NCBI GenBank assembly: GCA_963786955.1
Contig: CAWBAT010000006.1
Location: forward strand, 704,001-768,000
Reading direction: 5' to 3'
DNA length: 64,000 nt
Origin: an uncultured Acidimicrobiia bacterium
Lineage (GTDB): Bacteria > Acidobacteriota > Terriglobia > Versatilivoradales > Versatilivoraceae
In this document: piece by piece, positions 22,349-32,542 of the stretch
Numbering within the stretch: the first letter of the stretch is position 1
Layout: each line of letters starts with the position of its first letter
Made by a program: the position numbers and the translations under genes
Notes under the pieces: model-generated
Told to the model about the DNA's origin: nothing
What the model saw: only the letters and a program-made list of their open reading frames with translations
The model's database searches: none

Positions 22349-25098
22349 TCAATGCGCCAGCCCCAGGACACAAGCGTGGAGTCGCTCGACAATCTCCGCT
22401 GTACGGTCCGCTTCGCTGACTTTTCGCCCGGCGGAATCCTGAACGTAAAACACGTCAAACACATGCGCTTTTTCTGTGGCCAACTTGGCAAACACAATAT
22501 TCAACCCGCAGGCCGCCAGAGTCCTGGCAACCTCGTAGCCTAATCCGACGCGGTCATCAGCTTGCACTTCAATCACAGTGGCCAAGCTCGAAATCGCATT
22601 GTCGACGTTTACTTTGGAGGGAAATGATCCGGGAGTATTCCCAACTCCGGTTCTTGATTTAAAGTGGGACTTCAAGTACTGATCAATATCGATCTGCTTC
22701 GTAATGGCTTTGACCAGCAGCCGTTCCACTCTCGGGAAGTCCTCACTTTGCAGTCGATGAGTCCCTGACAGGCTTCCTACTTGAAACACGTCAAGAACAA
22801 TCCCGTCATTTCGGGTATTAAGCTGGGCACTGAGAATATTCAGATTAAAGGCAGACAAAGCCCCTGCGATCTCAGCAAACAAGCCGGGATGATCTCCCGT
22901 GGCAATATATAACTCGGTGTAGCCCTGCTCCGGCCGCTCGACCCAGCGAACAGCAACTTTTTCAATTTCCAGAGGCGCAATCAGACGGAGTTGTTCCTGA
23001 ATCTGCCGAATGGGAGTGTAGAGGACATATTTTTCGGGCAAGTTGCTGAAGTGCTCATCCATGAGTTTCGTCGGAATTTCCGGTCCCAAGCTCTTTTCAC
23101 TTCTTCCCGAATCTGCTTGATTTCCTTCCGACTCCCGGAAGCGCCTTTCTTGTCGAACATGAGCCGTTCATAGCTCTTGTAGTAGAGTTCCCAGAGCAAG
23201 TAGTCCTTCCAGTCTGTCCATACTCCCGGGCCTACGGCACGCGCATCGGCGTATGTCATGATCAATAACATATTGAGCACATCCGCTCGCCCTACAGTTC
23301 GCGCGAATTCAGAGACTGTGTGCGGGTCTTCGAGATCGCGGCGCTGGGAGACGTGGGCCATTAAGAAGTGATGACGGACCAAATTTTCAATCTTCTCGGT
23401 TTCGTCCGGGTCAAAGCCTAAACGAGATGCCGCCTGGGCAGCCAGCTTCGCTCCTTTTTCAGCATGCCCTCCTCCAAGTCCTTTCCCGATATCGTGCGTG
23501 AGCAGAGCAAAGTAAAGGGAGCTGGCGTCGAAGACTTCGTTGAGAATTTTCTGATACGGGCCATGCCTGGACACTTTTTCCGAGGCCATTTGATCGAGAA
23601 CTTCCAAAGCCAGCAGGGTATGTTCGTCGGTAGTATAGCGATGGTATAGGTCGTGCTGGACCTGGCAAGTCAATCGGCCAAATTCCGGCAACACCCGGCC
23701 CAGGAGCCCCGTCTCATGCATCTGCCGCAAGACGGAGGCAACCCTTCCTTTGGTCCTCAAGATCGCGCGAAAATCCGACCCCAGCGTCGAGTTTGAAAAT
23801 TCAGAGGATTTAAAACGCCGGAGAGAACGACGGATGTGAGTTTTTAAAGCTTCCCCGACTAAACGAGGGTCGGGCTTGCGAGTGGCGAAATATCTTTATC
23901 CATTTTGCCGGAGTTGATGCATCCAGGTCCTTTAAATCCGCTTGCTGATCGCGCGAAAGTGAGGAAGAAGTCATCCGGCTGATTTTCTCGCCGACCCAGC
24001 TGTGCTTCGGTGACGATTCTTCACGCAATCCCGCCAATAGGGTATCCAATACGTGGGCTACCCGGCGAACTTGCTGGTAGTAAAACTTTAAAAAAGCTTC
24101 CGACTCCTTTTGATAGGGTGCTCGGCGAAATTCAAGTATGGGACAACAGCGGGCAAGTGTTGATGAGAGAGGGTGTCGGTGGCACGATTCGTGACGAAAT
24201 GCAGATGGGCTCGAAGGGATTTCAGAAACTGGTACGCTTTCTGCAGCTTGCCTCCATTCCTCCAGACTGACCCCTTGCTTTCCAGGCTTGCTTCAACTGT
24301 GACTTCCGGGGAAAATGCTTTCGCAATCCATTGAATGGTGTGGAAATCTCTCAGTCCTCCACGACATTCTTTGATATTGGGCTCCTGGATAAAGGGTGTG
24401 CCGCCTTGACTTTCGTGCCGTTCCTGAATGGAGAGCAGGAGCCGCTCTCGAATTACGTTTTTCTCCTTAACAACCGCCCGTCGGAGTTTCTGCTGGAAGT
24501 CATCGAAGAGTTTGACGTTGCCGATCACCAATCGGGAATCCAGCATCGAGTTCAAAGAAACTAAGTCATCTTTTGCCATTTGCAAGGCATCCTGAACCGT
24601 ACGGACACTGTGGCCAACTTGAAGGCCCATGTCCCACAACAAGCAGAGAATCCCTTGAATCTGTTGATGCTCCGCTTGCCCTGCGCGGGATTCACGAAGA
24701 AACATCAAATCGACATCCGAATAAGGCGCCATCTCGCGCCGCCCATAGCCTCCAATCGCCACCAGGGTTAGCGGTTCTTCACCTTTAGACTGCCTTTTTG
24801 ATTTGGACTGGATTTGAGCCTCGTAAATCCTGTTCAATAAAAAATCAACCAGGAGGCTGCGAAGTAGGAACACGTCAACGTTTTCAATCCCTGCGCGATG
24901 TTTCAACTTCCAGCGCCGGAGTTCGTGTCGATGGAGGCGGCGCCCATATTCGAGAAGCGTTTCTTCTGGCTTCCTGGCTGCTAAGTCGAAAGGATAGGCA
25001 TCCAGCGGCACGGTCTGGGCTCCTTCTCCAAGGGCTCTCCCCGTAGCCAAACTTTGCATTTCTTCAGAAGATTCGCTTTTCAGCCCGCTGGGTGTCAT
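22349..25098 (-). CDS. glnD: [Protein-PII] uridylyltransferase/uridylyl-removing enzyme (3 or more frameshifts)
   Basis: AIGGYGRREMAPYSDVDL (NT domain), EPNIKECRGGLRD, HRYTTDEHT..HDIGKG (HD domain) and two ACT domains (DHPGLF, DRVGL..DVFYV). Confidence 0.9.
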
Positions 25099-25264
25099 GG
25101 ACGATGAAAATTCCGGCTTAAGTTACATTTCACGCTTAGATGGTCTCTAACTTCGGGCGCAGTCACGCAGAGCCTGAACTCTCAGTCCAATCAGGCCCCC
25201 GGAGAACTGCGCCTCGCAGCACGGTGAAGAGAGACTTTAGGTTCAGACCCAACCCTTCAATTCA

Positions 25265-26543
25265 CTATTTTTTCCCAAACATATTGTTACCAAATATGAG
25301 ACCAATTTCAGCGACGGCGCGGAGCTGGTTGGCGTTGTCGCCTGAGGGACCGAAAACGAAACCCGGCGTGTAGCTATTCGCTTGAACATAAGAAAGGTCT
25401 CCGCGAACGAAGAAGGCTCCCTTTTGAAAGGTGGGCGTGGCGGTGATTGACCAGGCCGAACTGCCCGGACCATACAATAAATTAACGGCTTGATCCGCAG
25501 CGTTCCCATTGCTCGAGAGATATTCCCAGCGACCCGAAAGTGAGAAGCCGTGTTCTAACTTGTAAGTCGCACATATCGCACCGCCTGTGGTCGACGCCCC
25601 CTTCAGGACGCCAATCTCTGGGTTTGTGGGCACACTCGTGTACTGAAAGTAGGGCTGGATGATCCAAGGCCCCTTCGTGTACGTATAGATGACGTTGTAA
25701 ATACTGCCGTTGTTCTGCACAGGCGTCGCAAAAGTTTGAAATTTGGTCTGACTCAGATTTCCACCCGCCACGAACGCAATGCTATGGGGCCCACTGACAT
25801 AGCTAATGGCGCCGGTCAACCAGGAGTAGCGATTGGAATAGAAGCCATCGCCATAGGAAAATGAAAGATTTACTTTCCCCATCGTCTGATTAATCTGGAC
25901 TCCGCGAGTGACCGCATTTTCCTGGTTCCACAGCAAGCCTCGCTGAACGTGCATGTTTTCGAAACTGAATGTGTACTCGGCGCCGATCAAGGTGGGCAGA
26001 GCACCAATGAGGATGGAAGTATTCTTGCCGGGCACTAGTTTCAGAAAACCGACCGGCAACGGGCCAAAGAGGTTGGAGATGGCTTGGTCGGTTTCGAGGT
26101 ACGATGTCCCCAGAGACAGAATATTATAGGCGCCCGCCTGCACATAGAATTGCCACCAGCCGTCGGTTTTTTGGATCCACACCTGCCCGTTACTGAGAGC
26201 TGCTTGCTGGGAGTTATTACTTGCAGGCACGATATCCCCCCTGGTACAAGCCTGTGCCACTGATGATCCCGTTCACGGCCAGCTTGCCCAACGGTCCAGC
26301 GTCGAAAGTGACTGGGGGGAGTCCCGATAGCGGACCAGTCATAGCAGGAGTTGAGAGGGGAGTAGGTTCCGGTTCGGCAGGTGTTGCCGGTTTAGTATCC
26401 GCTCCCGGCGCCGGAGCCTTCTGGTCCGTCGTCTGCGGAGCAGGTGTGGTCTGTGCGCTGCAAACAGAGGCTAACCCAAGGCAGAGGACAATCACTGCGA
26501 CGTTTTTCAGATAGTCGAGTTTCATGCTTCTCGCTAAAGTCAT
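25265..26543 (-). CDS. Putative outer-membrane beta-barrel porin (BBP2/DUF1597-like), 1 frameshift
   Basis: Signal peptide and Pro/Ala linker, then amphipathic aromatic-rich beta strands (PTLIGAEYTFSFEN, TATPTFQ, FVRGDLSYV); pieces 26217-26543 and 25265-26260. Confidence 0.7.
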
Positions 26544-26856
26544 GAGCCACGCAGATTCTGTCGTTTTGGATGTGATGTGTGTCGACAGATGCCAAATCGA
26601 CTTGAAAGCCGCTTCCCCGAGCTCTGGGAGCTTTCTTTAGGCTCGCACTCGCATTTGCTTTGCTCGATCGCTTCAATGTTTTTCTCCTTGTTTTTCCCGA
26701 TTCGATCGCCGTTCTCAAAATGCCGACCAGAAATTGGAACGACCGTGAATTGAACATTTGAAACCTCCGCATATGATTATGATTAAAGCAGCCTGTTCAT
26801 TGCCGCTTCGGCCACGTGTTGTCATGGATAAAAGGTCTACCCGCAACTGCTGAGAC

Positions 26857-26981
26857 AAAAAAAAATCCATTGGCGGGAGTTCTTCCTCAACCAATGGACG
26901 TCTCTGTCCCCGGTGCACTCACTTCTTGAGCACACCGTCATATTTTCGTGAAAGGCGTATTCAACACGACCTTGTGTCGAA
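26857..26981 (-). promoter_or_regulatory. Leader attenuator: two A1/G4 hexaloop hairpins, the second overlapping an intrinsic terminator (ANTAR-like)
   Basis: Minus strand TTCGACAC-AAGGTC-GTGTTGAA, an 11-bp hairpin, then GGAC-AGAGAC-GTCC overlapping TCCATTGG...CCAATGGA followed by T9. Confidence 0.6.
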
Positions 26982-26991
26982 AACAGGGTGA

Positions 26992-27019
26992 ATTGTAAGC
27001 GGATTTTAAATTAGTTCAA
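26992..27019 (-). promoter_or_regulatory. Putative sigma70 promoter of the porin-glnD-glnK-amtB leader
   Basis: TTGAAC-N16-TACAAT on the minus strand, preceded by an AT-rich UP-like tract. Confidence 0.5.
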
Positions 27020-27165
27020 GTTTATTTATTTTATGATATTCATAAACATAATTTATGCACTTGGAAATAGCAGTGGAGCGTCTCGCTCGCTTTCACCCTC
27101 TGACAGCCGATGAGACAAGAAGATGATTGAGACCACATTCGCAGCGTGATAGGGGGATGGAAGGC

Positions 27166-28809
27166 CTACCCCCCACTTTGCCGTGGAGGGACCTCTACAG
27201 TCACCGGTTTTTTTTCTTCAGCGGGGCGATCCGGTGGAAGCGGTTTGCGGGGCATCATTTCATCGCGCATCGCGGCCTGATAGACGAGACTGGCGATCAC
27301 CACGGATGCCTGCATCAAGTCTTCGGGTTGAACATGATCCACGACATCAATATTGCTATGATGGGTCCTGCCGTATTCGAGGCCGTCTTGAACAAATTGA
27401 AATCCGGGCAATCCCACCGCATCAAAGGAGAGATGATCGGTTCCAAAGGTATCCCGAATGCTTACAGTAGTCACTCCCAGGTCAGCGAAAGGCTTTAGCC
27501 ACTCTTCAAAGATGGGCCGAGCCGCCGTGTTTCCCTGCAAGAAGATTCCTCGAATCTTCCCGCTCCCGTTGTCGAAGTTAAAGTAGACCGATAATTTGGA
27601 GTGTTCCGGCTTCAGGCTCAAGGGACCCTCATAAGAGTGCAGATTTTCTGGCAGATCCCTTTCTTCCGGGTCAGAAGGCTCAGGACGGGAACCAAAGTGC
27701 TGGCTGACATAGGCGCGCGATCCTTTCAGACCTTGTTCTTCCCCGCTCCAGAGAGCAATACGAATGGTTCGTCGCGGATTGACCTTTAAAGCCATAAGGA
27801 TCCGGGTGACTTCCATACAGACTGCAGATCCGACTCCATTGTCTGTAGCCCCCGTGCCGACATGCCAGGAATCCAGGTGCGCTCCCAACATGACCACTTC
27901 GTCTTTTCGGTCGGTACCGGGAATTTCCGCCAGGGTGTTGTAGGACATGAGACCCTGCTCATAAAATGTGTTCTTGACCTCTAGTTCCAATTCCACCTCA
28001 ACGTTCAGGCCAATCAGCCTCATGATGCGGTTGTACTGTTCCGATGCCATGACCAGGGAAGGAACCCCCACCGGCTCATCCGGGCGATAATATTGCCTCC
28101 AGGATGCAAACAACATCCCTCCACTACCGCGGCCCGGCTCAATGACAGCGACCACTTTTTCTTCGGCAAGAAACTGGACAAGTGCTTTTTCAAAATTGCG
28201 CTTCTTGATGAACTCGGCTCGAGCCTCCTGTTTGTTGGAGGCTGGGGGTGGGGAGTAATGGAAAATCTGATCGAGTTCTTGATCAGACAATCGAGTCATA
28301 TTCGTCTTATCCTGAGGTTTGATTTCCTCAATAGGGCTAAACAGAAGAATCATACCGGCCACTTTCCCTTTGTAGTTGGCGAAGTCGGCTTCGGACTCCA
28401 GCTTTACTTTCATCACTTTCGCCCGAACCGGCGCGCTAAGCCCAGGGGTCCAGGCCTTCGGAAAGGCCAGGAGTGGGGCATAATCCGGAGAGATCATGTG
28501 CACCGATACCCGGTCCATCGACCACCCTCGACGAAAGGGTCCCCAGGCTTCCAGGTGCGCATTGACGAGTCCCCAAGCTTCCAGTTGTTTCTCGGCCCAC
28601 TCATTGGCTCTTCGCATGTTGGTCGAGCCGGTCAATCGAGGACCAATCTCATCACAAAGCCGGCTCAGAATTTCCATGACTTTTGAATTCCCGAATCCTT
28701 CCTGCCGGATTCGAGTGAGCATCTGGAGGTTAAAAGCTTCCTCTGAAAACAGGTGAATGATTGGGAGAAAGAGACAACTCGTCAGGATGAGTGCCGTTTT
28801 ACTTCGCAT
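27166..28809 (-). CDS. Secreted M28-family metallopeptidase (carboxypeptidase Q-like)
   Basis: Signal peptide; IGPRLTGS, GAHLDSW, GATDNG, WSGEEQGL, TDHLSF and THHSNID zinc-site motifs. Confidence 0.9.
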   Translation of the reverse strand: MRSKTALILTSCLFLPIIHLFSEEAFNLQMLTRIRQEGFGNSKVMEILSRLCDEIGPRLTGSTNMRRANEWAEKQLEAWGLVNAHLEAWGPFRRGWSMDRVSVHMISPDYAPLLAFPKAWTPGLSAPVRAKVMKVKLESEADFANYKGKVAGMILLFSPIEEIKPQDKTNMTRLSDQELDQIFHYSPPPASNKQEARAEFIKKRNFEKALVQFLAEEKVVAVIEPGRGSGGMLFASWRQYYRPDEPVGVPSLVMASEQYNRIMRLIGLNVEVELELEVKNTFYEQGLMSYNTLAEIPGTDRKDEVVMLGAHLDSWHVGTGATDNGVGSAVCMEVTRILMALKVNPRRTIRIALWSGEEQGLKGSRAYVSQHFGSRPEPSDPEERDLPENLHSYEGPLSLKPEHSKLSVYFNFDNGSGKIRGIFLQGNTAARPIFEEWLKPFADLGVTTVSIRDTFGTDHLSFDAVGLPGFQFVQDGLEYGRTHHSNIDVVDHVQPEDLMQASVVIASLVYQAAMRDEMMPRKPLPPDRPAEEKKPVTVEVPPRQSGG

Positions 28810-29170
28810 CAGTTTTCCTTATTCGTCTTGACTGTTTTAAGTGCAGATCGCTTCTTAAGTGGATGAAGTGAAAAAGAAACCTAGATCAACTTCATTGGAG
28901 TTTAGCCCGATTCAGAGCCAATGGGAGCCCCAATCCAAATTCTCCCTGACCCGTAAGTCTTTTAAAAGGTTATTATCTGTGATGCATTGCGCTTGACACC
29001 AGCAAAAGATTCCTGGACGTATCTCAATTGCCCTTCACTCTAATCTAGGGTGGATTGCTTGCGAGGAATCATCTTCCCAGGCTGGAACGCTCTTGCACAG
29101 TGGGCTTGAATCCGCCCAACGTGAATTGTATAGTGCTTTTTCAGCTCAGAGACATCGAGAAAGGATCCAG

Positions 29171-30229
29171 ATGATCAAAAGACCGACCAAAAGGAGAGCT
29201 ACACTAATTCAGCTTTTAGTTTTCACAATTTTCACTCTGTTCTTGCTGTGCCCTGCCCTGTCAGCCGCAGAAAATTTGGACATTTACTTCATCGATGTTG
29301 AAGGCGGTGCCGCTACCTTAATCGTCACGCCCCAACACGAACCGATCCTGATTGACTGTGGATCGAAAAGCGCCGATTCGCGGGATCTGAACAGAATTCT
29401 GTATGTTGCCAAGCTGGCTGGGATCTCGAGGATTGACCATTTGGTCGTCAGCCATTTTCATGGAGATCATTTTGGGCCGATACTTCAGCTGAGTCAGACC
29501 ATTCCCATTGGCCACTTTTACGATCACGCTTTGATGCAACCCGACCAGGAGTACGACAAAGATTTATACGCCGATTATCAGAAGGCCTCCCAAGGGAAGC
29601 GACAAGTCCTGCATGCCGGAGATACCATTCCGCTGAAGAAGAAGACTGTGCCGCTGAGACTCATCTGCGTGGTCGCAGACGGCAAGGTCATTCCGACGCC
29701 TGTAGGCGTCGGAGCCGGTCCCAACCCCTTTTGTGATGTGCCAGCGAAACCTGTGGACACGTCGGATAATGCCAGGAGCATCGGTCTTCTTCTGAGTTAT
29801 GGTGACTTCGATTTTCTCGATTTGGGGGATTTGACGTGGAACATTGAGCATCAACTGGTCTGCCCCAATAATCCCTTGGGAAAGATAGATCTGCAGATGG
29901 TAACGCACCATGGTCTCGACCTTAGCAGTAATCCGGCCTTGGTCAAGGTGATTGAACCGACGGTCAGTATCATGTGCAATGGCCCCCACAAAGGAGCGAA
30001 CGCGGAAGTTGTCTCCCTGTTCAAATCAATCCCAAGCCTGAAAGCGACTTACCAACTGCATCGCAATGTCGAAATGAGCGAAAAAGATAATCCCGATAAA
30101 AGCCAGATCGCCAATTGGGAAGAGAACTGCAAAGGTGAATTCATCAAGGTGTCCGTATTCCCGGATACGAAAAACTTCTCAGTGACAATAGGTGAGAAAG
30201 GTAAAAGCACAATTTATTATACGAAATGA
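29171..30229 (+). CDS. Secreted MBL-fold metallo-hydrolase (ComEC/Rec2-like)
   Basis: YFIDVEGGAATL, SHFHGDHFG, LGDL and THHG motifs; signal peptide. Confidence 0.85.
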   Translation: MIKRPTKRRATLIQLLVFTIFTLFLLCPALSAAENLDIYFIDVEGGAATLIVTPQHEPILIDCGSKSADSRDLNRILYVAKLAGISRIDHLVVSHFHGDHFGPILQLSQTIPIGHFYDHALMQPDQEYDKDLYADYQKASQGKRQVLHAGDTIPLKKKTVPLRLICVVADGKVIPTPVGVGAGPNPFCDVPAKPVDTSDNARSIGLLLSYGDFDFLDLGDLTWNIEHQLVCPNNPLGKIDLQMVTHHGLDLSSNPALVKVIEPTVSIMCNGPHKGANAEVVSLFKSIPSLKATYQLHRNVEMSEKDNPDKSQIANWEENCKGEFIKVSVFPDTKNFSVTIGEKGKSTIYYTK

Positions 30230-30311
30230 CCCGTCGCGAGCAAGACCGCCTATTGCGACTTCCACTTGAATATTCGGTGCGGATCAAAAACCTCTGATGA
30301 TTGGCGCCTTT

Positions 30312-30450
30312 TGGAGGACTGAGTTCCACGAGGCCTGATGAAATCAAAGGTGGAACGCGCGCTCTCGCGCGCGTTCAAGCGTGTGCCGGGGGACAGCGGT
30401 CCCGCGCGCCCGCTCCACCTGAATGTGGCGTCGCAGAGCTCCGCCCTCCA
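30312..30450. repeat. Nested REP-like cluster (GGTGGA doublet inside a GGAG doublet)
   Basis: Outer arms TGGAGGACTGAGTTCCACGAGGCC and GGCGTCGCAGAGCTCCGCCCTCCA; inner GGTGGAACGCGCGCTCTCGCGCGCGTT...GCTCCACC at 30349-30419. Confidence 0.6.
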
Positions 30451-30462
30451 AATGTTCGACGC

Positions 30463-30501
30463 AAAAAAAAAGCCTGGCTGCGCCACCCGCTGCCAGGCTT
30501 T
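30463..30501 (-). terminator. Intrinsic terminator after atpE
   Basis: AAAGCCTGGC/GCCAGGCTTT stem with a T9 tract on the minus strand. Confidence 0.75.
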
Positions 30502-30522
30502 ATGGTTTCAAAACGTAAAACT

Positions 30523-30828
30523 CTATACTTTGATGAAAATGATCAGCAAGGTGTAAAGTGCTAGTGACTCGATCAGCACCAACCCCAACAACAAGGAGAA
30601 ACGTATTGCGGGTGCTGCTCCCGGATTGCGGGCTAATCCCTCACAAGCTGCCGCAATCGCTTTCCCCTGCGCCAGTCCGCAAACGGACGACGCAATTGCC
30701 ATTGCGAACCCAGCCGTAATGGTTGTCCACTGGTGCCCTCCGGCCGCAGCTGCATCCTGCGCGAAGACCGGGGATGCCATCAAGAGTACTCCCATGGTCA
30801 GTAATGCGAATGCAAAAACCTTTCTCAT
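30523..30828 (-). CDS. atpE: ATP synthase Fo subunit c (with N-terminal extension)
   Basis: GLAQG, ARNP loop and LIESLALY carrying the essential Glu. Confidence 0.95.
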   Translation of the reverse strand: MRKVFAFALLTMGVLLMASPVFAQDAAAAGGHQWTTITAGFAMAIASSVCGLAQGKAIAAACEGLARNPGAAPAIRFSLLLGLVLIESLALYTLLIIFIKV

Positions 30829-30956
30829 GGTTTTCGCTCCTTTCATTGAAAGATCACTCCATCGGATTCTATCAACGGAGTGTTATAAACTGCCCCACGG
30901 AGGTGGTCCCCGGAAAACCCTCGTGCATCCCGGGCTCACGCGTGAAGCAAACCTGG

Positions 30957-31718
30957 TCAGTGATCTTCTGCCACCGCACCGGAAACGTAAATCATGGTAA
31001 GAACCATGAAAATAAATGCTTGGAGAAAACTTGTAAAGATGGCAAGGCCCATGATCGGTAATGGAAGAAGAAACGGCAGCAAACCAAAGAAGACGACAAT
31101 AATCAGCTCTTCTCCGTAGATATTGGCAAACAGACGTACAGTCAATGAAAACGGCCGTGCCAAATGACTGATAATCTCAATCGGGAACATCAACCACGAC
31201 AGCCACCAGACCGGTCCGGCAAAATGCTTAAGGTACTTTAGGACACCGTTTTTCTTGATCCCCAGGTAATTATAATAAAGGAACACCGTGATAGCGCAAC
31301 CGGCGGTCACGTTGATATTACTTGTCGGCGACATGAATCCGGGAATCAGTCCGAGCAAATTCATAAGCAAAATGAACGTGCCGATCGTTGCGATCATGGG
31401 CAGGAATTTCTTCCCGCCATGGCCAATATTCTCTTCCAACTGTTCATGGAGGAATTCTATGGCTACTTCCAGCAGATGCTGGATTTTCCCGGGCTTTTCC
31501 ATGGAGAACGAGCGGCGAACCAGCGGGAAGAAAACGCAACAGAAAAGAAATACAAAGAGCGCGAAGAGAACATGATCCGGGATGACTTTTTCGGGGGGGA
31601 TATATTTTTGGTGAAAAAAACCATAGAAGGTCGTGCAGATTGAGTTCTTGACCGGAGCAACCAACGGTCCCAGGAGGCGGTTAGCTTCCTCTGAAATCCA
31701 AAGACTATGCTCTTCCAT
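30957..31718 (-). CDS. atpB: ATP synthase Fo subunit a
   Basis: NLLGLIPG, SPTSNIN, RPFSLTVRLFANI and LQAFIF motifs. Confidence 0.95.
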   Translation of the reverse strand: MEEHSLWISEEANRLLGPLVAPVKNSICTTFYGFFHQKYIPPEKVIPDHVLFALFVFLFCCVFFPLVRRSFSMEKPGKIQHLLEVAIEFLHEQLEENIGHGGKKFLPMIATIGTFILLMNLLGLIPGFMSPTSNINVTAGCAITVFLYYNYLGIKKNGVLKYLKHFAGPVWWLSWLMFPIEIISHLARPFSLTVRLFANIYGEELIIVVFFGLLPFLLPLPIMGLAIFTSFLQAFIFMVLTMIYVSGAVAEDH

Positions 31719-32151
31719 CGTTTTCCTTCACCAAAGACCGGCCGACCAAAAAAATACACTCAAAGAGAACGGCTCCGACGAAAAGAAAAAGGCCAAGAAT
31801 GGCGCCTCGGAGATCCAAAAATCGAAAGCGGAATATAACATACAGGGTACTTCCGATCAAGGCGTATCTCAGCAAATACTTCAAGATAATCTTGCGGTTA
31901 GACTGCGACAATGGTAACGAAGACCCACTCTGCAATACCACGAGGCGATCGATCCCATACTTCATCCACGAGAAATTGATCGCCGACAACAGGGCTCCGA
32001 CGGCAAAGCTCAAGATAAAGTGCCAGGCCTGGCAAGCCAGGGCCAGAACAACCGTCACCCCGCTCAACCACAACGCATGCTGCTGCAAGCGCTTATCTAA
32101 ATTGAAATAAACTGGATCTGCAAAAGACGGTTCAGGTCTTAGAGTTGTCAT
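31705..32151 (-). CDS. atpI: ATP synthase subunit I
   Basis: Four hydrophobic helices (GALLSAINF, KYLLRY); position upstream of atpB. Confidence 0.75.
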   Translation of the reverse strand: MTTLRPEPSFADPVYFNLDKRLQQHALWLSGVTVVLALACQAWHFILSFAVGALLSAINFSWMKYGIDRLVVLQSGSSLPLSQSNRKIILKYLLRYALIGSTLYVIFRFRFLDLRGAILGLFLFVGAVLFECIFLVGRSLVKENDGRA

Positions 32152-32374
32152 CGTCCCGATCCATCCATTGGATCACTCTGAACAGATTAATAAACGCTGC
32201 CGCGATGCCTAAGAACAGAAAAACTATTTTGAATATATTCTGCGTCCCACACCAACGGTCAAGCCAGTATCCTATCCCGTAACCGATTCCAGTACAGGCC
32301 GGGAACATGATGCCTACCGACAAAAGCTCTCCAGCTTGATACTTAGGATTCGGAACGTTTTGAGGTGAATTCAT
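32132..32374 (-). CDS. AtpZ/AtpI-family small membrane protein
   Basis: GIGYWLDRWCGT..LGIAAAF pattern; first gene of the Fo cluster. Confidence 0.75.
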   Translation of the reverse strand: MNSPQNVPNPKYQAGELLSVGIMFPACTGIGYGIGYWLDRWCGTQNIFKIVFLFLGIAAAFINLFRVIQWMDRDDDNSKT

Positions 32375-32542
32375 CTCGATATTTAGTTTAGGATATGGAG
32401 CGGGGATTTAGCTTGGATTCATGAAGACCTAAATCATCCCAGGTGCAAGCCTATCTCGACCGGGAAACCTACACATCCACACCCTTTCATATGACTTTCT
32501 CATTGAGGGGCCTTGTAATTCAAGAAAAAATTGGAGGACGCT

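Noticed and set aside
26392-26772. Independent basic ORF upstream of the porin
   Set aside because: It overlaps the porin start out of frame and has no recognisable motif; it may be a frameshifted N-terminal extension or non-coding leader
27030-27060. ARG-box-like AT-rich palindromes upstream of the nitrogen leader
   Set aside because: Spacing and right half-sites do not fit the ARG box; indistinguishable from an AT-rich UP element
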